DNA of 55,729 nucleotides from Craspedostauros australis (Eukaryota), in assembly GCA_030167865.1 (NCBI GenBank), contig JALAGF010001111.1, positions 1 through 55,729 of the forward strand. The letters are read 5' to 3'. This document shows, piece by piece, positions 49,889 to 55,729 of this stretch (position 1 is the first letter of the stretch; every line of letters starts with the position of its first letter). Under the pieces are notes generated by a model, which saw only the letters and a list, made by a program, of their open reading frames with translations, was not told where the DNA came from and ran no database searches. The translations under genes were made by a program, and so were the position numbers.

Positions 49889-50773
49889 GGCAGGGTATGG
49901 CCGAGTGTCCCGCTTCGAGGATCCAGCATCAAAGGGATAGAGGTTGGTGCTTGTGTCTTTGCGCCTTTGTTGTGGATCCACAGAAGCCATGGTTGGCAGT
50001 GCAGCCAATCCGGCCACTCGGAGAACCTCCACCCGCTGTTGGTGGCAACACAACGCAACAACGCACCAAAGAGCAACAGAACCGTTTTTGTGTTCCTGAT
50101 CCACGAACCATCATGTTTTTGTATGTACATTTATTGTAGTATTTGCAGTATATCTGAATAGGTCATGCGAGTCAAGAAGATACCTGGACATGAAAAAGAA
50201 CCAGAACTTCGCCAAATCTCCTCACACAAACACACGTACAAAACAAAACAAGTTTGAAGCAAAAGATACCTTACGCTTTTTCTGGTAATAACACGGATCT
50301 CCTAATCCCAAACCGTGAAAATCAAGGCTTGGGGAAAAGTCCGAAGACGCCTCGGGACTTTGTGCGCCCAAGATGCGTGCTGGAGCGGGTGAGAAAGGGA
50401 GGGAGTTGTCACAGAAATCGACAGAGAGAGCGTGACAACCTCACCGTGTTGGCTGTTTCGCGCCTCTTCGAGCTGAGCGTGACATCGGCAACGAACCAAC
50501 AAGAAATGACCCCTGTCCTCGCGACACACAAAAGGGCAACCTCATCCCTCTTGTGTCACAATCTCCGCCAACCACCCACCGAGAAACGACAACAACCAGA
50601 GCCACATTGATCGCAACTTCCGACCTGCCATACTCTCGCGGATTCTCACAACTTCGAATAGAGCAGAGTAATTGTGCCACACCACACCGCACCACACTAA
50701 ATACATTACGCCAGGCGACGACACGAGTGACTCGCATCGCGCACCGCCCAAACATTCACTACAAGTTGCGACC

Positions 50774-52520
50774 ATGATTCGATCGACGCTTCTGTTTGCG
50801 ACTGCCCTCATTGCATGGGAGGCAGTGCACTTCTGCGATGCCTTCCAGTCGCAAGTACAGCAAAAGCAGCATCAGCAGCCACTGCGCATGCCTTCACATG
50901 AAAGCCCCAGGCACGACCAGCTTGGGGCAACCATTGCCACCATCACCAGGAGCAGGAGCAGTAGTACAAGTAGTAACGCCAACACCCGACTCTCCGCAGT
51001 CGATCCCAACCTCTCAGAAGTCGCCAAGGCCTACCAGCGATTTGACGTCGTCACTCCCATCGAAGAAGCAACGCAGCATCTCCAAGACAAACTGTCAGTG
51101 ACGGCAGACCTCGCCGATGTTGCCAACAACGTCGATGGAGCGGACGGCAGTCGTGCGCTGGCCGCCGTCAACGAGTTCATTGCGGCCGTCAAAGATCAGT
51201 TCGATACAAACGTCGGCATGGACAAGGTCCTGGCGGCCACCTCCGCGGACGCCTCCTCGCTCCTGGACAAGACGCCCGCACTCACGGATTACCTCAAAGA
51301 CGCCGTGTCGTCATCCTTCGCAACCGACGCTGCCTCCACAACGGTGGCATCCACCAACGTCGACGCGTTCAACGTCCTGGCCAACGCGCAGACCAAATTC
51401 GCCATCATGGCGGACAACACCAGAAATCTGCCTTCCACCCCGAAGATGACGTACACCTTCTCCGCGAGTCCGCAATGGCAGCTCATCCAGAACAACGCCG
51501 TCCACACGCTGCATGCGCACGGCAGCTGGATTGTTGCCGCCTGCGCCATGGTCATCATGACCGGTCAAAAGCAGGCTGGCTTTGCCGCGGGACAGCGTAA
51601 GGTGGCCGCCGAATTGGCACGCCATGCCAAGTCGTTGTTGGAGATGGCGGACACGATGGTATGTATCGTATCGGACAGCGCGAACATCATGATGCGTCAT
51701 GTATTCACGCTTGAGTTGAATCTGTCTTGCTTGTTTGTTGCTTGGCAAGCTGCTGTTGTCAGACTTATGTGCAAAGCGTGTACTTGTGTCATTCTCTCAT
51801 TCTGAAACCACTCTTTGTTTCTGTCGTGCATTGACTTCGCCTCATTCATTTGATACAATTCGTGCGAATGCTCCTTGTTGCCAATCGCCAAAAAACAACA
51901 CAAACGTCATTGATGTGTGTCAATTCGACAATGATACCCGAACATTCCTGCCTGCATCTCCTCCCCACAATAACCAGCAAGAGATGTCCATGGAGATCCA
52001 GCAGCTCAATGATGAGACAGTGATCTTGCAAAAGGACGTTCACACTGCCGAGGAACAGCTGAGGAAGCGAACCATCCAAATCAAGCGCGAGCGCAACCGC
52101 ATGGCCCAACAGATGGTCTTTGCTCGTCGCCGCATCTACCGAATGAAGACCAAGGTCGAAAAGTCCGAGGCGCGCATGCTGCGGCTGGAGATGAAGCTAG
52201 AGGATCGCTTGGCCGAAAAGAGCCTCTACGCTCATGATCTGGAACTTTGCACGCAACGCATGAAGGAGCTGATCGACCACAAGCCACCCGTCGTCGAGGC
52301 CACGCCGCCAGAGATCGTCGTGACTCCAACACATGTCGCCGATGCACCAGTACATCAAGATGACGTGGTGACCGAGGAAGCATTGATGGAGCCACAGATG
52401 GCGCCAGATGCGACCCTCTTGCCCATCTTTCCCACTTTGGAGCACGAAGTCCAATTCGCACGCTCGCATGCCGATGGCGCATCCGCCACGAGCACTGCTG
52501 TTCGCAGCGGCTCTCCCTGA
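50774..52520 (+). CDS. Putative plastid-targeted protein with a hydrophobic segment and C-terminal coiled coil (2 exons: 50774-51658, 51978-52520; ~475 aa)
   Basis: MIRSTLLFATALIAWEAVHFCDA-FQS presequence and S/T-rich transit region; GSWIVAACAMVIMTG hydrophobic stretch. GTATGT..ACCAG intron joins MADTM|QEMSMEIQQL and continues the heptad coil. Confidence 0.7.
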
Positions 52521-52875
52521 ATTGGCAAAGCAGTATGTGTGAGTACGTTAGTGAGGAGAAAGATGAGATTGGTGTACTGCATGTAAACCACAACGTGATC
52601 AATACATATTTTCATATGATAGCATTCTATGCATGGTTAAGGCTAATCTTGTTCGTGTCTTCTCCATGGCGCTGCTTGTTCACAATTGTTTGGAGCAGTC
52701 ACCAATTGCTCAATCCGTGAACATAACGTTGAAGACAGATATGATGTGGTGCCATCTCTTGTTTTGTTCCATTCTATGCGAGTATGGAATAATGGTTGAA
52801 GTTGAGTCTGTTTCGGTGCTACAAATACTCGACCTTTGTCATGAGCGCCACTCCAGTACAGAACATGTTCGCTTT

Positions 52876-54492
52876 TCAAAGGTCTTGGCTGCAGCGCTTC
52901 ACTCCTCGTCCTCGGCAGTGCTGTGTCTCGATCACTCTGGAGGATTTGATGGAACGCACAAAAGCCAACAACGCGACGCGATCCATGTATGTATCCACTT
53001 GCGCAGTGCCCGTGTCTTCGTCCACAACCTTGTACAACTCAATCATGGACATGCCACTGTACTCGTCATCAACCTCATCACTCTCCATCCCCCCACTGCA
53101 CAGGGCATGGGTGTCCTCCATCAGTTGAGGTTGTTGAAATAGCTGCCTGAAATCTGGACGGCTGAACATATCTTTCTCACTTTCAGCAGCCATTCTCATT
53201 GCAGCATCCTTCAACACCACACAGTTGTGTTCATCAGCGAATACCAACGTATCTATCATGCTGTCCTCGGTGAGATGCTTGCGGGCCAACTCCGCTTCAA
53301 GAACAAGCTTGAGTCGCCAGAAGCCGAACTCGTTGGCCACAAGGATCAGCTGTTGTAAATCTTCATGTCCATTGAGGGTGGGGGTTGGCTGGTTTGCGTC
53401 ATCAGCATTGGCATTGTCATGAGCGTTGTCGTCAGTCTCAATGTTGTCAGGAACATCATCATCGAAGGATATCTCCCCTGTGTAGATGCATTGGAGGACG
53501 TATTGGACGTGTTTTGGTTGAAAGTTGGGAAGAGGGACGGTTGTTTGGATGGGGGCGGCGCCATCATCAGGTTCGTCACCAGTTCCGTCATCAGCGCGTT
53601 GACGTTGGATTCCAGAGTCAATCAATGTCTGAATGGATGGAACGGTGACCATGAGGACTCCGGAGTTTACCTTGATTGGTTGTTGTTCGTCGCCTTGTCC
53701 ACACAGGAAGGTGACGTCTGTCTTGGCGTTGGTACGAACAGCGCTGCGACGATCTTGGCCGATGCTGATGTTGGTCGTTGTACAGGTGGCTGGGCTGTCG
53801 TGCTTGGATGGTGATGTGATGGTGTTTGTATGGATTTGTTTGTTCATTTGCAGCTGCGGCTGCGGTTTTGAGTTGCTACGACTGAAATGACGGAGACGCG
53901 TCATGATTGATCTCATCATCTTGATTTGATCGTCTGCTTGGATCATATCGAGAGGCGTTTTGTTGCTGTTGTTCTTGATATCGACATCGGCCTTGGTTGA
54001 TGCAATCAGGTACTCCACACATTCAGAACTGCCAATGGCGCATGCCCGATGAAGGGGAGTGTCACCATCGTTGTCTTTGCTGTTGACATCAGCCTTAGTT
54101 GATTCAATGAGGTACTTGACAAACTCCAGATGGCCATTGGCGCATGCGTCATGTAGGGGAGTGGAACCAAAGTTGCGTTTGCGGTTGACATCCACCTGAC
54201 ATGACTCAATAAGGTACTTCGCGCATTCCAATTGACCGTTGATGCATGCCCAATGTAGGGGAGTGACACCAAGCATGTTCTTTCTGTTGACACCAGCCTT
54301 AGTTGATTCAATGAGGTACTTCACACACCCCAGATGACCGTTGCGGCATGCCCAATGTAGGGGAGTCTCACCAACATAGTTTGCAACCCTGTTGACATCA
54401 CCTCCTTCATTCTGCTTGTTCCATTCTTTCAACACGGACAGATCACCTGCCTTGGCAGCATCAATGAGTTGTTTGTTCGAAACAGTCGGCAT
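52876..54492 (-). CDS. Ankyrin-repeat + BTB/POZ domain protein (538 aa, intronless)
   Basis: Five to six ANK repeats (GETPLHWAC.NGHL.CVKYLIE). BTB: DVTFLCG..IKVNSGVL..VLQCIYTGEI, LILVANEFGFWRLKLVLEAEL, followed by a BACK-like TLVFADEHNCVVLKDAAM. Confidence 0.88.
   Translation of the reverse strand: MPTVSNKQLIDAAKAGDLSVLKEWNKQNEGGDVNRVANYVGETPLHWACRNGHLGCVKYLIESTKAGVNRKNMLGVTPLHWACINGQLECAKYLIESCQVDVNRKRNFGSTPLHDACANGHLEFVKYLIESTKADVNSKDNDGDTPLHRACAIGSSECVEYLIASTKADVDIKNNSNKTPLDMIQADDQIKMMRSIMTRLRHFSRSNSKPQPQLQMNKQIHTNTITSPSKHDSPATCTTTNISIGQDRRSAVRTNAKTDVTFLCGQGDEQQPIKVNSGVLMVTVPSIQTLIDSGIQRQRADDGTGDEPDDGAAPIQTTVPLPNFQPKHVQYVLQCIYTGEISFDDDVPDNIETDDNAHDNANADDANQPTPTLNGHEDLQQLILVANEFGFWRLKLVLEAELARKHLTEDSMIDTLVFADEHNCVVLKDAAMRMAAESEKDMFSRPDFRQLFQQPQLMEDTHALCSGGMESDEVDDEYSGMSMIELYKVVDEDTGTAQVDTYMDRVALLAFVRSIKSSRVIETQHCRGRGVKRCSQDL
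53985..54400 (-). repeat. Coding tandem repeat of 102-nt (34-aa) ankyrin units
   Basis: 28-nt identity at 54090-54117 and 54294-54321; 21-nt identity at 54244-54264 and 54346-54366. Confidence 0.9.
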
Positions 54493-55478
54493 GTTGAGAT
54501 GGTGGTCGAAGATTGTTGGATGATGGTTTAGATGGATAGCTGCTGGACGGCTGTTGGATGATCGGTTGAGCGTTTTATGATATCGTATCGTGCCTTCGGA
54601 TGTTCCAAGTCCACCACCACGAGTCTGGACTTTGGCTTACATCGCATGGCTTGTTGTGGTATTGTCTGCGTGGTCGTCTCTCCCTTTCCTCGCCCACTCT
54701 GGCTTTCTCTCAGTTGCGTTCTCTCTCCTTCTGCCGCTTTCTTTGTTGGGCTCCATCACACGATCTCCACCCCTTCATCGTGTCCTATTTCGGTACGAGT
54801 GTGCGTGTGTACCATACATACGAGCTACTCGTGGAGGGAGTGCCAACACCGTGGACCGCAGATCCTCATCGTGTTCTTGGGTATTGTTGCGCCAAGTGTG
54901 GAGTGTAGCATAGTTGTCATAGGTCGTGTTGTACATACCAACGAAACGAAGTAGAGAGCGAGAACTCTCCACAAGATCACTTTTTGTGGATGGCGAGGAC
55001 AACAGCGAGAACACTCCGAACGACACGATCAGAGTGAAGAGTGGAAACACGAAGAGAACGTGGACGGATCATGGCGGGAGAACACGGCGAGAAGTGAGGA
55101 TCTTGGACTAGCACGACTGTTGTATTTGGCGAATGATTGTCGAAATTCCCCGTAGTCCTAAAAGTAACGTGCTCCTGTAACGCTCAGGAGTGATCGATCA
55201 TGCGCTTGCCACGTTGACGATAGGGGGGTATTTGTTGTTTCTGTACTCTATTCTGGTTTAGTCCCGTACAATCGGGAATTACTGATGTCACACATTTCGA
55301 CACCCTCCCTAATTCGCGATTTGTACCCGGTGATTGGTTGGTTGGTTGTTGTGCTTGTCCGTCTCTGTGTGTCTTCTTCTGGGGTCGTTGGGCCTTCAGG
55401 GGCGCACGGTAAATTGTCCCCAGTAGGCCCAAACGAGAAGGTACTTAGATAGACCTATAATGTTTTAGGCCTATGATG

Positions 55479-55725
55479 CGCGCCAGCCAGTCGAGGAACG
55501 CGCCGGCATGGCCATGTGCTCACTATCCGTGTCTCACCGAACTGGCAGAGTTACGCGTATTTGTGGTATCATCGATATTCAAATTTGGGTCTATGAAAGT
55601 ACCATGCTACCCACATATAACGTCACGCGCCAGCCCGCTCTTCTTCGCGCCGGCATGGCTGCGCGTGTTGCATCCGAATACACGTGACTGAATGTCCCCC
55701 TCGACGTCCACCTGAATGTCCCCCT
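55479..55725. repeat. Short direct repeats at the window end (possible subterminal region of a repeat element)
   Basis: CGCGCCAGCC-N10-CGCGCCGGCATGGC at 55479 and 55626; CTGAATGTCCCCCT at 55688 and 55712. Confidence 0.6.
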
Positions 55726-55729
55726 TCGC

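Noticed and set aside
55479..55725. Repeat-spacer-like pattern as a possible CRISPR array
   Set aside because: Only two copies of each repeat, eukaryotic context and no cas genes.
1..55729. tRNA, rRNA or intact transposase/reverse transcriptase genes
   Set aside because: No cloverleaf, rRNA-like segment or RT/integrase/transposase motifs were recognised by eye; a covariance-model search would be needed to exclude small RNAs.

Overview
Eukaryotic nuclear DNA, almost certainly from a diatom or closely related ochrophyte. The evidence is bipartite signal peptide + ASAFAP-type plastid presequences, two Lhcr-type fucoxanthin-chlorophyll proteins, a diatom-specific-type cyclin and GT-AG introns. 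I could reconstruct 17 protein-coding genes with splice sites that keep the frame: V-ATPase subunit B, a plastid membrane protein of unknown function, a plastid-targeted PPR protein, two tandem paralogous RING-finger proteins, IPK1, RNA polymerase I subunit RPA2, two convergent Lhcr genes, FGAM synthase (PurL/ADE6), a cyclin, a TEX264/GyrI-like membrane protein, a UBXN7-like p97 adaptor, a tiny complex I subunit (NDUFB3/B12), AP-3 delta, a plastid coiled-coil protein and an ankyrin-BTB protein. I saw no rRNA, tRNA, CRISPR array or intact transposon. The best leads are (i) the tandem RING pair with shared unnamed motifs and an identical intron position, (ii) the TEX264-like protein with an acidic repeat tail, head-to-head with a UBX gene, (iii) a decayed RRM-like fragment antisense inside a 716-nt Lhcr intron, and (iv) recently homogenised 102-nt ankyrin repeats fused to a BTB domain. 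All calls come from reading the sequence; no database search was run.
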